A stretch of DNA of 64,000 bases from Octopus vulgaris (taxonomy: Eukaryota): the NCBI GenBank assembly GCA_951406725.2, contig OX597823.1, positions 87,358,001-87,422,000 of the forward strand, in the 5' to 3' direction. The position numbers were made by a program, and so were the translations under genes. Shown here piece by piece: positions 25,615 to 38,269 of this stretch. Position 1 is the stretch's first letter. Each line of letters opens with the position of its first letter. Below the pieces are notes generated by a model. It was not told where the DNA came from and did not search any database. It saw only the letters and a program-made list of their open reading frames with translations.

Positions 25615-26385
25615 AGGCGTGGTCGTATTTTAAGAAACTTGCTTCCCAACCACATAGTTCCGGGTTCAATCCCACTGCGTGGAACTTTGGACCAGTGTAT
25701 TCTACTATAGCCTCGGGATGACCAAAGCCTTGTGAGTAGATGTTTTTTTGTTCCTTCTGAAGCCATACCTTGCTCATAAGAGCCGATTTCCCGGTTTCCT
25801 TGGCGTATAGGTTCCCCACTCCCTGGACGGGACGACACTCCGTCGCAGGTGAGCTGCAAGATACAGGAGGAAAGAGTGAGAGAAAGTTATGGCGAAAGAG
25901 TCAGCAGAAATTCGCCATTACATTCTGCTGGAGCCGCGTGGAGCTTAGGTGTTTCGCGCAGAAACACACACATCGCCCGGTCTGAGATTTGAACCCGCGA
26001 TCCCTCGACTGCGAGTCCGCTGCTCTAACCACTAGGCCATGTGCCTCCACGTGAGTAGATGTGGTTGACGGAAACCGAAAGAAGCTCGTCGTGTATACAT
26101 AAATGTATATGTGTGTGCATGTGCGTGTGTGTTTATTTATGTATATATTTATGTGTGTGAGAGGGTCTTTGTGTCTGTTTGCCCCCCCTCCAATCACCGC
26201 TTAACAACCGCAGTCGGTTTGTTTATGTCCCCGTAATATAGCTGTTCGGCAAAAGTTCCGATAAAACAAGTGCTAGATTTAGAAATTAGTCCTGAGGTCG
26301 ATTTGTTCGACTAAAACCCTTCAATGTGGTACCGCATTATGGCCGCAGTCAAATGACTGAAACACGAAAAATAACGCAAAAAGAA
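25615..26385 (+). mobile_element. SINE A interrupted by SINE D
   Basis: 5' part ends at 25743, remainder resumes at 26051. Confidence 0.8.
25744..26050 (-). mobile_element. SINE family D (tRNA-derived head shared with family C)
   Basis: 12-bp TSD GTGAGTAGATGT at 25732-25743 and 26051-26062; head TGGCCTAGTGGTTAGAGC...GGTTCAAATC. Confidence 0.9.
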
Positions 26386-26576
26386 TATTTGTGTTTATGA
26401 GTGTACATATGTGTGTAAGTATACATCTACACATGTGCTTACATAATGGAAACCTGCATACAAACTCATTCTTTTTTAAAAACATTAATTAAGAAACTAA
26501 ATCTATTGTTTTGGGACATCACTTAAACAGCAACGCATTATTATGACTTCGTCTGTGTGGAGATTATGACGTTTAT

Positions 26577-26960
26577 GGAGGCGCAATGGCCCAGTGGTTA
26601 GGGCAGGGGACTCGCGATCGTAGGATCGCGGGTTCGATTCCCAGACCGGGCGTTGTGAGTGTTTATTGAGCGAAAACACCTAAAAGCTCCACGAGGCTCC
26701 AGTAGGGGATGGTGGTGATCCCTGCTGTACTCTTTCACCACAACTTTCTCTCACTCTTACTTCCTGTTTCTGTTGTACCTGTATTTCAAAGGGTCGGCCT
26801 TGTCACTCACTGTGTCACGCTGAATATCCCCGAGAACTACGTTAAGGGTACACGTGTCTGTGGAGTGCTCAGCCACTTAGACGTTAATTTAACGAGCAGG
26901 CTGTTCCGTTGATCGGATCAACTGGAACCCCTCATCGTCGTAACCGACGGAGTGCTTCCC
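26577..26960 (+). mobile_element. Full-length SINE family C
   Basis: TGGCCCAGTGG A box, GGTTCGATTCC B box; 11-bp TSD ATGACGTTTAT at 26566-26576 and 26961-26971; second copy at 53079-53466. Confidence 0.92.
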
Positions 26961-27673
26961 ATGACGTTTATAATAACAGTTTCTATCTTCTAAATAAATA
27001 GATTCTGGTAGTTTTAAAACTACTGGTAGTAGTTCTTGTCTATAATAATAAATGGCAAGTTTGTATGTTTGTGTATTTGTTATTTTAACTCCCCCGAAGT
27101 TATCCAACACACACACTATACATTAAGGTTTCAAGGCTCATTAGTTCTTCTAGTAAGCAAAAGATGCTTTCCAATTTCCAATTCCAAGAGAATCAATTGA
27201 GAGATTAATTGACTTCATATTTTCTCCAATCTTTTTCTAAAGTGGCGAATTGGCGGGGTTCGTAGTATCCATGACCCTACGAATCTAAAACAAAAGAAAA
27301 AATAAACCTAAACAAGTAAACAACACAATTTTGTCATTCATTCTTTTCGAGGTCGATAAAATAAGTACCAGTAAAGTCACGGGGTCGATGTAATCGATTT
27401 ACCCTCTGCCCCGAACTTGCTGGTCTTCTGCTAAAATTTGAAATCAATATTTCATGGAGATACAGATAATTATTCGTGAATGTTCTTCTTCGGACTACCC
27501 TGTAGTCTTCCTCTTAGGTGGAACATCATTATCATATGTCAATTTATCATATACAGAAATACGTCGCCTGTCGCGGGTGGTACGTTCCAAAAACCTCCCA
27601 CAGAAATGATTAAAATCTAACAAAATACCTATCGGACGCCGAGACTGAGGAGTCCCGATATATTAGCGTACAC

Positions 27674-27828
27674 AGGTGCAGGAGTGGCTGTGTGGTAAGA
27701 AGATTGCTTCCCATGCAAATAGTTCCGGATTCAGTCCCACTCGGTGGAACCTTGGGCAAGTGTCTTCTACTATGGCCTCGGGCCGACCTTGTTAGTGAAT
27801 TTGGTAGACGGAAATTTAAAAAAAGCCC

Positions 27829-27921
<93 letters not shown>

Positions 27922-28470
27922 GTGCGTGTGTGTGTGCGTGTATGTATGCGTATTTGTTATTTGTGTTTGTTGTTGTCCCCTCACCATCGCTTAACAACTG
28001 ATGTTGGAAGGTTTACGTCCCCGTAACTAAACTGTTCGGCAAAAAGAGACCGATAGGCTTACAAAAGACAAGTCCTGGGGCCGCAGTCAAATGACTTAAA
28101 GAAATAAAAGAATATTTATTTATTTCTTGCCCACAGGGGACTAAACATAGAGGGGACAAAAAAGGACAGAGAAAGGGATTAAGTTGATTACATCGGCGCC
28201 AGTTCGCACTGGTATTTATGTAATCGACCCCGAAAGGATAAAAGGCAAAACCGACCACAGCGGAATTTGAACTCAGAACGTAACGGTAGATGAACTACCT
28301 ATTTCTTTACTACCCACAAGCGGCTAAACACTGAGGGGACAAACAAGGACAGACAAACGGATGAAAGGCAAAGTCGACCTAGGCGGAATTTGAACTCAGA
28401 ACGTAACGGCAGACGAAATACCGCTAAGCATTTCGCCAGGTGTGCTAACGATTCTTCCAGCTCGTCGTCT
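27674..28470. mobile_element. SINE A (+) followed by a SINE B dimer (-)
   Basis: Family matches; SINE B junction at ~28298. Confidence 0.8.
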
Positions 28471-29239
28471 TAAAAATTTTTTTTAAATACTAACCAAAAA
28501 ATTATCCGCGATGTACTGAGTGCACGATAGTCGAACCGCGATATGACGAAGGATTGCTGAATCAGTTTCAGATAGCTACATTAAAGTTTATGCTAGTATT
28601 CCAACGAGAATACCAAAGTTGACTGGGCACTTTTCTATTTGCATGTATACATTACTTTATTTTGTAAGCAGAAAAATATATTATAACTAGATGAATCTCC
28701 CTTGTAATTATTTATGAAAATTGCAAAGTTCGGTCAAGAATGTTAAAGCTGTGTGTAAGTTCAGAGATTAGTTGTGATAAAGGTGGAAAGGATCGCGATA
28801 GGAACTTAATATTTTTCTTAAAAGCAATCCGGTTCATCAAAAATTTATATATGAGATAAGATTCTTATTTTTTGCAGCTGAAATGATATACATGAAATAC
28901 AGTATACTAGGACAGTTCTAATAAACTCTCCTAAAAGAGATTCCAAACTTCTTGAATGAACCTTGTGTGTGTGTGTGTGTGTGCGTGTGCGCACGCGACA
29001 ACCGTGCCCGCTTCTGTGTATATGTATGAATGTATACGTATGTGTATGTAAATATAAATATTCATCGGCTTGAGTCAAAAGATTTTTTCTGATTATCACT
29101 GATTATGTTTAGCAACTCGTATCCCTATATTAGATCACCAATTTGATACAACTGTTCGTCTAGTAGTTGCTGAATTTTTCATTCTTCATTTTCATATATA
29201 ACATATAAACATTAATAGTTTATTCTTTATTTTTCGGCT

Positions 29240-29820
29240 TTGATAATGAATGGTGGAGTGGGAAAGATTGCAATTAACGCTATTTTACGCTACGTGTGGA
29301 AAATAGGACTGAGTGTAAGAGCAACGACTAAGAAATTAATATTGTTGAGGGGCCGGGAACTGTCGACGAACGTGTGGTACAAAGCCATTTCAGACGTCTC
29401 AAGGAAGGTGGCACCAGTCTCGAAAACAAACCAAGGTCAGAGAGATGTTCTGTAGTGGAATATCAGGCCTTGCTGGAATGGTTGAACAACAGCCAAACTC
29501 AAGCACTCGTACATTGTCGGCAGAGCATAGTCCTTCCATAGCATCAATAATCGACATCTCCATCAGTTTGGCCTTGTGAACGGAAGCTGCTTAGAAGCTC
29601 CCCATGAACTGACCAATGATCAGGGTCAACGACGTGTCATTATTTATAACTAACTGCTGACAAAACCGTCGAATTGTAACGGGGGATAAAAATAGGTCTA
29701 TTTTCGTAATCCTAATAGGAGAAATGAATGGCTATTTTTTGAGCAAGCTTCACAACCAGTTGCCAGTCAAGGGCGATTTGAACAGAATTATCATGTAGTG
29801 TGTTTGGTGGAATTTCGTGC
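29240..29820 (+). mobile_element. Degenerate mariner transposase remnant
   Basis: Across frames: ILRYVWKIGLSVRAT, PRSG-like, VEQQPNSSTRTLSAE, PHELTNDQGQRRV, IVTGD-like motifs. Confidence 0.7.
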
Positions 29821-31296
29821 TTATCCCAGCTAGTCATGTTGTGAACACTAACCTTTAGGTTAATAACTGCAGCGAAGACAGGTGAGGAAGCAACAAGAAG
29901 GTGTATCATTTTAACACATACATGCTTGTATGCGCGTATGTACGTACGTGGGTGTGTGTTGCCGGTGGAGGCTTATGCGTGAGTTTGTGCATGTATAAAT
30001 AAATATTTCTTGCGGTTATTCCATTCTTTTGTCTAGAAAAACGAAGCGTGCGATCATATATTTTTAATTGAAATTACTATGGTGAAACAGATAAGGGTAC
30101 GTCAATAATAAAATAATTTCTGAAGACGGACTGTTTCTACATTACGCGTGTCATCCGTGCAAAAACGATGGAAGATTACATTACATGTGTGTAGTTCTGG
30201 AAAGGAATACAATTAGGTAATAAAACAAATAACATACTTTTCATATCAGAACTCTGAGAGCTATGAAAGTTAAAAGCATGTTGACAGTGGTTCCACAATT
30301 CAAATAAAGGTTGAGATTTCTAGCAGTGTATTACTGCGTAATCTTTCTTTCGATTTTTGCCATTTTTCACAGTTGTTAGTTTCCAAATAACAACGGACAG
30401 TTTAGAAAATCTCTATAAGAGATGAAAATAGTAGTTATACTGGGAAGTAATGTATATCACTACATCAATATGGCTGTTCGACGTTAGTACTGTTCTTAAC
30501 CCCAGCAAGAGCCTTCTCCAGCTGGTTATCGATGTAATCTGCATTCGGTATATATTGCAAGAAGGGGAGCGAACTCCTACCATTTTCTAGCAGACGGTGG
30601 GATCAATAGGCTGAACAGCTTCGGGCTACTTGTGCCCATTGTCTGCGGAAAAAAAAACACCCGACCCCTAAAAATAAAAGCAAACATTTTTACCCTTATT
30701 CTCTTTTACCAACCTACCACACTAAACATACTCTAATGATACATCTTTTCTAGAAACGTCTATTTTTTGGGGGTGTTCTCTAGATATAATGAGACGCATA
30801 ACGTATCTTCTTCTGGAATAGAGCACAAAGTCTGAATCAAATTAACTTCTGAGAAAAATTTATCTCAAAGTTTATAGATTATTATTTTCAAAATCATTTT
30901 GTGATAGAATGCAAAATAGAAAAACACAATACTAATAGAGAGATCTTGCTCACATCGATCACTCAACTACTGCGACTCTTAATCAAGTTTATAATAAAAT
31001 ATTCTTATATTCAATGAATCCAACTAACGAGTGTCATATTCGATTTCTTGCAATTGTCGTTTGGCTGTTTATTCAACTTTTATTTAAAAACTAAAATGCA
31101 AAAATAATGCGAAACTTTTTCACATGCAAGCAACGTTTTTCTTCTTACGATTTTTAAAATAAAAATATATTTTTTTAATTTTAACTTTTCCAGCATTATA
31201 TAACAATCCCAATTGACGTAACAAGTTTTTCAATTAGATGCATATGCATATGTATATATCTAATCTCTCTCTCTCTCTATCTCTTTCTCTTTCTCT

Positions 31297-31364
<68 letters not shown>

Positions 31365-31407
31365 GTCAGTATATATGAATACGTATGTATGTATGTACGT
31401 TTGTACG

Positions 31408-31441
<34 letters not shown>

Positions 31442-31460
31442 TATACATGTATATATAAAT

Positions 31461-31517
<57 letters not shown>

Positions 31518-31633
31518 TACGTATATATAGGTACGTATATATACATACATATATATATATATACATACATACACACACATATGCGTGTGTATGTATGTAT
31601 ATGTATAATGTTAATAGATATGCAGCACAAATT

Positions 31634-31668
<35 letters not shown>

Positions 31669-31889
31669 CATATATTATATATTACGTTATGCATACATAC
31701 ACAGACAAATACACACACACGCACATATATTCTTTCTCACTAACTGGAAATCAATATAATCTAAGGACACCTGCTCCATCTTATTTTTGTTTCATTTATT
31801 CACCAGTTGCAGGAACAGCGACGCCACCACTGCTGATGCGGTCGTCCGACGTTTCCTTCCTTTGTCTCTTCATCAAGACATCACCACCA

Positions 31890-31991
31890 GCACTAGAACC
31901 AGCAGCAGCAGCAGTATCCACCACCACCACTACCATTGCCGCCACTACCACAATCTTCACTGTGCTCTTTCTTCTTCACCATCCCATCATC

Positions 31992-32065
<74 letters not shown>

Positions 32066-32299
32066 CACCATGAGCACCAGCAAAAAAAGAACATCTTCGT
32101 TATCGTTGTCGTCGGCTTCTTCTTCTTCTTCTTCTTCTTCTTCTTCTTCTTCTTCTTCTCCCTCTCCTTCTTCTTCTTTTTCTTCTCCCTCTCCCTCTCC
32201 TTCTTCTTCTTCTTCTTCTTCTTCTTCTTCTACTTTTCCTCCTCCTCCTTCTTCTTCTTCTTCTTCTTCTTCTTCTTCTTCTCTTCCTCCTCCTCCTCT

Positions 32300-32333
<34 letters not shown>

Positions 32334-32460
32334 CCATCATCAGCATCATCGTTCACATTATCACCATCTTCCCTACCGCCACTATCTCCAACATCCCTCC
32401 TTCTCTTCCTCCTCCCTCTCCTCCCTTCTTTTTCTTCCTCCTTTTCTCATCATCATAACT
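31890..32460. repeat. Compound CAG/CAC/CAT/CTT/CCT microsatellite
   Basis: Direct inspection; explains the 371-aa low-complexity ORF. Confidence 0.9.
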
Positions 32461-33156
32461 GATATTGTTGACAGTAACTAGTTGCCTTAGTTATTTTATG
32501 CATCATTATTATTTTATTTTTCTCTTTGCCTTCAAATATATTAAACTCGCTAGATTTCATTCCTCTCAATGCGTCCATTTTGTTTTTCATCCCATATCTT
32601 TGTTTATTTATTTTTCCCTCGCAGCATTCGTTGTTATTGTCGCTAATGTTGTTGCTGTTGCTGTTGTTGCTATCAAACTGGCCGCTTACTTTAATTGACT
32701 TGGCGATTTATCTATCCATTTATATACACATTTAATTTTATGTTCGTTTCCTGTTTTGTACACTTACAATTTATTTAATAGTTTTTTTTTTCATAATTAC
32801 TTGCTGAACTCTCTAATATATATTCCACTGTTCAAGATGAAATTTTTCATCCAGATTCTTCATCTTCTACTCCAACGTCACATTACTGAATGCCATTATT
32901 GAAATTTGATATAACACATGTTTACAGAAATACCTTTTCGTTTTAAAAATTATCTTATTACTTTTAAAAAAAATATATTTACCAATGTTGATTATTAACT
33001 TAGCTTTTAGTTTTTGTTTGTTTCAATCATTGGATTACGGCCATGCTGGTGCACCTCAGTCTTAAAGGCTTGAGTCGATGGAATTGAACCCGTAGTTATT
33101 CTGTCGGTGACTTTTGCTGAACCGCTAAGACTCGGGAGTGTTAACAAACCGACGCA

Positions 33157-33239
<83 letters not shown>

Positions 33240-33369
33240 CAGGCTTCGTTTAGTTGCTGTCTACTAGCAAGTCTTTGGACGGCCAGGGCTTTAGTAGAAG
33301 ACACTTACCCAATGTGACTGAACCCATATCCATGTGATTAGGAAGTTAGACCTACTCTATAGAAAGAAA

Positions 33370-33960
33370 TGGTGAGGTCTCGTTAATAAAATTTGACAAC
33401 ACTTCTAAAACGTTTATCAAATACCCGGCAATCATTCTCTTTTCACTCCTTATACAATGGTCTATACTAATCGGTCCTCTGCCACCATTCTTTCTTTATA
33501 TATACAATCTTTCTACGTATGCTTTAGGATGTAGCGCCTCATAGAGCGTCATTAACTTTCTCGTCCTTCTATCCAATGTTGGTATACCCTCCTTAGTCCA
33601 TTTGAGGATGGACGCACTATATCTGACCATCGCAACTACCCAGATATTCATTGCGGTAATCAAATTTTTGGTATTCAGGTTGGATCTCAACACTATCTTC
33701 ACCATTTTGTTGGTACGCCTCTCTGACTTTGACTTTCATTTCTCTGAGAAGAATGTCATCCAACTCCAAAACCCCTAAATATCTATACTCACTACCGTCG
33801 GGTTCACCCATGGGCTCTCCTGATGGTAACCGCAATCCTCTACAGGATACTTTCTTCCCTCTTTTCATATTAAGTACTGAGCATTTGGTAATCCCAAATT
33901 CCATACCGATGTCCCTACCACACTTCTGGACTGTTTTGATTAAGGGATCTATCGGTTTTT
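33370..33960 (-). mobile_element. R4/Dong-like RT fragment
   Basis: IGMEFGITKC, YRYLGVLE, NLNTKNLITAMN, LDRRTRKLMT...LHPKAYVERLY. Confidence 0.82.
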
Positions 33961-33999
33961 TCTGATTATCATTATTATTGTTGTTATTGTTGTTGTTCT

Positions 34000-35478
34000 T
34001 ATTTAAGACGTCGCACAGGATCCAATGTCGTGATGTTGTTGATTGAAGATATTGTGTCTACCGGGGGTTTCTATTGTCTCTCAAATTACAAGGACCTCGG
34101 ACAGACAGTACTTTACGCAATATGCATCAGTTTCAAGTAATGACGATTTTGCAATTAACCTAAATTGTAGGGTATTTCTAAAGTTTCCAGATGTTTTTTG
34201 GGGTTGGGTGATATTGAACCCAATGCTCAGATGTTCAACTCTCATAGCTGCCACATCTTAGCGATCTCAATTCTCAGATCTCTATATTTATCAACCTTTT
34301 CTCTTTCTTTCATGGTGATATATTTATCTTCTGGCACAGCCACGTCGAATATTAGGCACTCTTGTTTGTCCCTCCTAAAGGTTACTATATCCGGCCTTCA
34401 GTGCTCTAATACCTTATCTGTCTGGAAGTCAAAGTCCCAGAGGATTTTTGCCTTCCCCTTTACGTCCCTTACCTTTTCCGGTGTATGCTGGTACCAAACA
34501 CCCGTTACCTCGTATCTATACTTACGGCATAGTAACCAGTGAAGGTTTTGGGCTACCTTGTCGTGTATGCGCTTGTACTCTTTCTGCGCAAGACTTTCAC
34601 AACCAATAACAATGTGAATCATGCTTTCGACACTCTTCCTACACGTTCTGCAGAGGTTTGTTGCACTTGTGTGATATATATCCCTTTTCACGGAGTTGCT
34701 ACCTAATGCCTGATCCTGGGAAGCGATGATTAGGCTGTCAGTCTTCCTTTTTAGGTCACCTTTGCTGAGCCACCTTCACGATGCTTTCTGATCTTTTAAG
34801 TTGTTAGTTTCACAGCGGAACTGACCATATAATTCCACGCGGAGTAGGGTGTCTTCTCTGTCGTTGGCTATTCGTTATCGGAATTCATTTGCACTCTCGA
34901 GTCCATTTTTGGTAAATTCTCAAGCACTAGCAGCATACTGTAGCAAATCTTGTTTGCTGTTTACACAAATATTTTGTCATGTTTCTTTCAGTGTTGATGC
35001 CTCCCATACGCTAATCAGCCCACGTCCACCTTTACCTCTCTTCAGGTAGTGCCTGTGTACATTCGCCTTAGGGTAGAGGGCACCTGCATTGTCATCGTCT
35101 TTCGGGTAGTGCGATACAGTTAGTCAATCTCCGCTTGACTATCTCAAGATTGGTGCACTATAGCGGACTACAGCAACAGCCCATTTGTTGATGGCAGTCA
35201 CAAGGTTCCTTGAGTTGAGCTTTGATCACAAGAGAAGTTTGAGGCGCTTGAAATATGCAGTGATGATCTTGTCTTTCATTTCTTTGTGTAATGCATTGTC
35301 TAGCTCCAGGATCTCAAGGGACTTGAACCCATCATCAACCGGGTTTTCCATTCTCTCTCCGTTTGGCAATTCTTTGCCCTACAATTTACTCTTTTTCCCC
35401 GCTTCAAAGGAATCACTGCACACTTCGTGATACCGAATTCCTTCCCTACATCCTTGCTCCACATTTGTACAGTCCCAT
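34000..35478 (-). mobile_element. R4/Dong-like element, 3' portion (end of RT, CCHC finger, RLE)
   Basis: EFGITKC, KLNSRNLVTAIN, CRTC...HIVIGC, HDKVA, WDFDFQTD...RPDIV...DVAVP; flanked by (TAA)/(CAA) and (GAA)n(TAA)n. Confidence 0.85.
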
Positions 35479-35556
35479 TCTTCTTCTTCTTCTTCTTCTT
35501 CTTCTTCTTCTTCTTCTTCTTCTTCTTCTTCTTCTTCTTCTTCTTCTTCTTCTTCT

Positions 35557-35649
<93 letters not shown>

Positions 35650-35777
35650 ATGTTTAAATGTATTTCTATATATTGGTAAATTTCCCAGTATTTTTCAAAC
35701 ATAGACACATACACATACCAGATATGCGCGTGAGCGTATACGTATACGCACATGCGCACAAACGCACACACACACAC

Positions 35778-35821
<44 letters not shown>

Positions 35822-37023
35822 CTGTGCATGTATTTACGAGGCTGAATCAAAAGGCAAAAATTAAATTACTTTATTTTATGACTTACCCTTGTATGTATTG
35901 GTATGTGTGTATATGCGTGTGTGTGTGTGTGTGTGTGTGTGTGATTGTGTGTGTGCGTGAATGCGTACGTGTAAATGTGTACCTATATGTGGATGCATAT
36001 TTCTCTGTTCTTATATGTATATAGGTATATATGCGTATATTCACATACTTGCATATGCGCGCGTGAGTGTATACCTGTGTTTTGTATGTGTATTAGCCAT
36101 AATATGTTTAATAATACCGAATTTATATAAGTTATTTTTAGAAGCTTTTAGAGAGAATGTAATCTAGACGGCCAATCTTTACCATTTGAATAAATTTCGT
36201 TTACTCAATTGGATAAATTTAATTGAATAAATTTAGCTGGGCTGTCGTAGGTGCCTGCTTCTAACTAGCGTGGTAGATCATTGTAGCTGTATGAGAGTCG
36301 TGATTAAGTAGAGAATAGGGAGGAAGAAATATTTAGAATATATAATATTTCATAAACAGAAAAAAAAAACAAAAAAAAAACAAAAAAAACAAAAAAAAAA
36401 ATGTAGTTATAAAATTTTGGGTTTTACTGAAAAGTAGTAGATTTTATCGGGGAATAATGTTTAATTCTGCAGTAGAAAACTGCTCACATATTCCATTCTT
36501 TGTAGAGCTGAACGAAACCTTTTGGACATTTAGGGTGATACATAGATACATACGTGATCACATATCTCCAGCTTTCCCGCAAACTCGGAATTACTCAGAC
36601 AGACATAGATATAATCATATATACACACACAAACAAAAATATTCACACAAAATATAGAAATATGTAAATGTTATATATATATATGCAGTAATTATAACGA
36701 TATAAAATATGGAGGCTTGTTCATCCTCAAAATTTATTTCCTTTTTGCAATTGCATATTTTTATGATTATTACGACCTACAAGTGTTTCTACTACATAGA
36801 GTATAGGCAGTTGCATATACAATCGCGCATAATTTTGTGTGCAGCTTCGTTGAGGGTCATACACACATACACATAAATGTATATGTATATATATGTAGCC
36901 CTTAACTATAATTACATTTTTTATAATTATATAGGTAAAAAAATTTAATGTTACCACCACGGTCATTTTTATGCCCCAGGCCACTGATATAATCATTTTT
37001 ATGATTATATCCTTATCACATAA

Positions 37024-37079
<56 letters not shown>

Positions 37080-38269
37080 TTTCGTATACCTGTATCCATA
37101 CACACATACATACACATACATTCACATACAAACACACACACATACACACACGCATATATGTATATATATATATATATTAGGGAATATGATTCCAAACTTA
37201 CAGGGAAACATGCAATTTAGTAATACTAAATCAAATTTCACAATATATAATAAATGTATATAAATTAGAGAAGAACCACTATGTAGCAATTCAACAATGA
37301 TTTAACTAAATCATACCATATACAAAAAAATTAAAGACACAATAAAACATTTACCTAGAACGAAATAAAATGCGAAATAATAAATAAATAATATATAATT
37401 ATACACTATTTATGTATTATTTCGTTCTTGCCTGAACCTGTATTTGTCCATGGTTAGCTATATGTTGCATTCTCAAAGGTTCGAAAATTATCTGATGTGA
37501 AAGTTAAACTTATCAACACTGACATACAAGAGAAAAGAAGGAGAACTTACATGAAGTACATAGTCTGTAAAGAAGTATTGGATTGAAAGATGTACGCAAA
37601 TTGAAATGTGTATTGACTCTGAACCATCGCCTTGGCTGATAAGTTACCAACGATGAGGTTGCATGAAATTTTTACCTGCGTGAAATTGTGATCCATGTAT
37701 TTTACACATAACATAATATTTTTCGCTATAAATTTTTTGTTTTCTAGATATGAAATTGTGACCATGAAAATTCTAAAATGTAATTTTTTCTGTTTAAAGG
37801 AAAAATGGGAAAATATGTGTGAATATTTATTTTATGAGTGCTGTGAATTAAGTCTACAAAATTGTGCATAAAGTATGTAATGGATATATATATATATATA
37901 AAGTGCATTAAGAAATCATCGTATTCCAGTTTCCTTCACTTTTCAATTAATAGCAGACGAGCGACTATATTTTTATACAAACACAACCTAGGCAACGCTT
38001 CCGTTTTTTTTTTTAGATAAAGTTTTCAGAAATAACCCAATAAGTTTACTAGTAACTCCGTGAAATATTCACGGGTCCCGCTATTCATTATAGATATAGA
38101 AATGCATAGTAATGTATACATTTCATCTGTATTTTAAGGTATCTTATTCTTGATGGGGTCCCATAGGTTTTGACCGTATAGCTAATCAATGAAACTGAGT
38201 TCGTAAAATATATTTTGCAAATTGTGTGATATCTATATTTGTTATGTATATGTATATGTTATTATATCT

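Noticed and set aside
26577-26655. tRNA gene
   Set aside because: It is the head of a TSD-flanked SINE
31347-32462. 371-aa ORF and the many poly-I/Y/H/M/S, YI and CV ORFs across the window
   Set aside because: Translations of microsatellites with no domain or splice support
36240-36300. Possible miRNA hairpin (AGATCATTGT, bantam-like)
   Set aside because: Poor arm pairing and only a short match
37549-37673. Minus-strand AG...GTAAGT-bounded segment with one open frame
   Set aside because: No recognisable protein similarity or partner exon; could be a UTR exon but is unsupported
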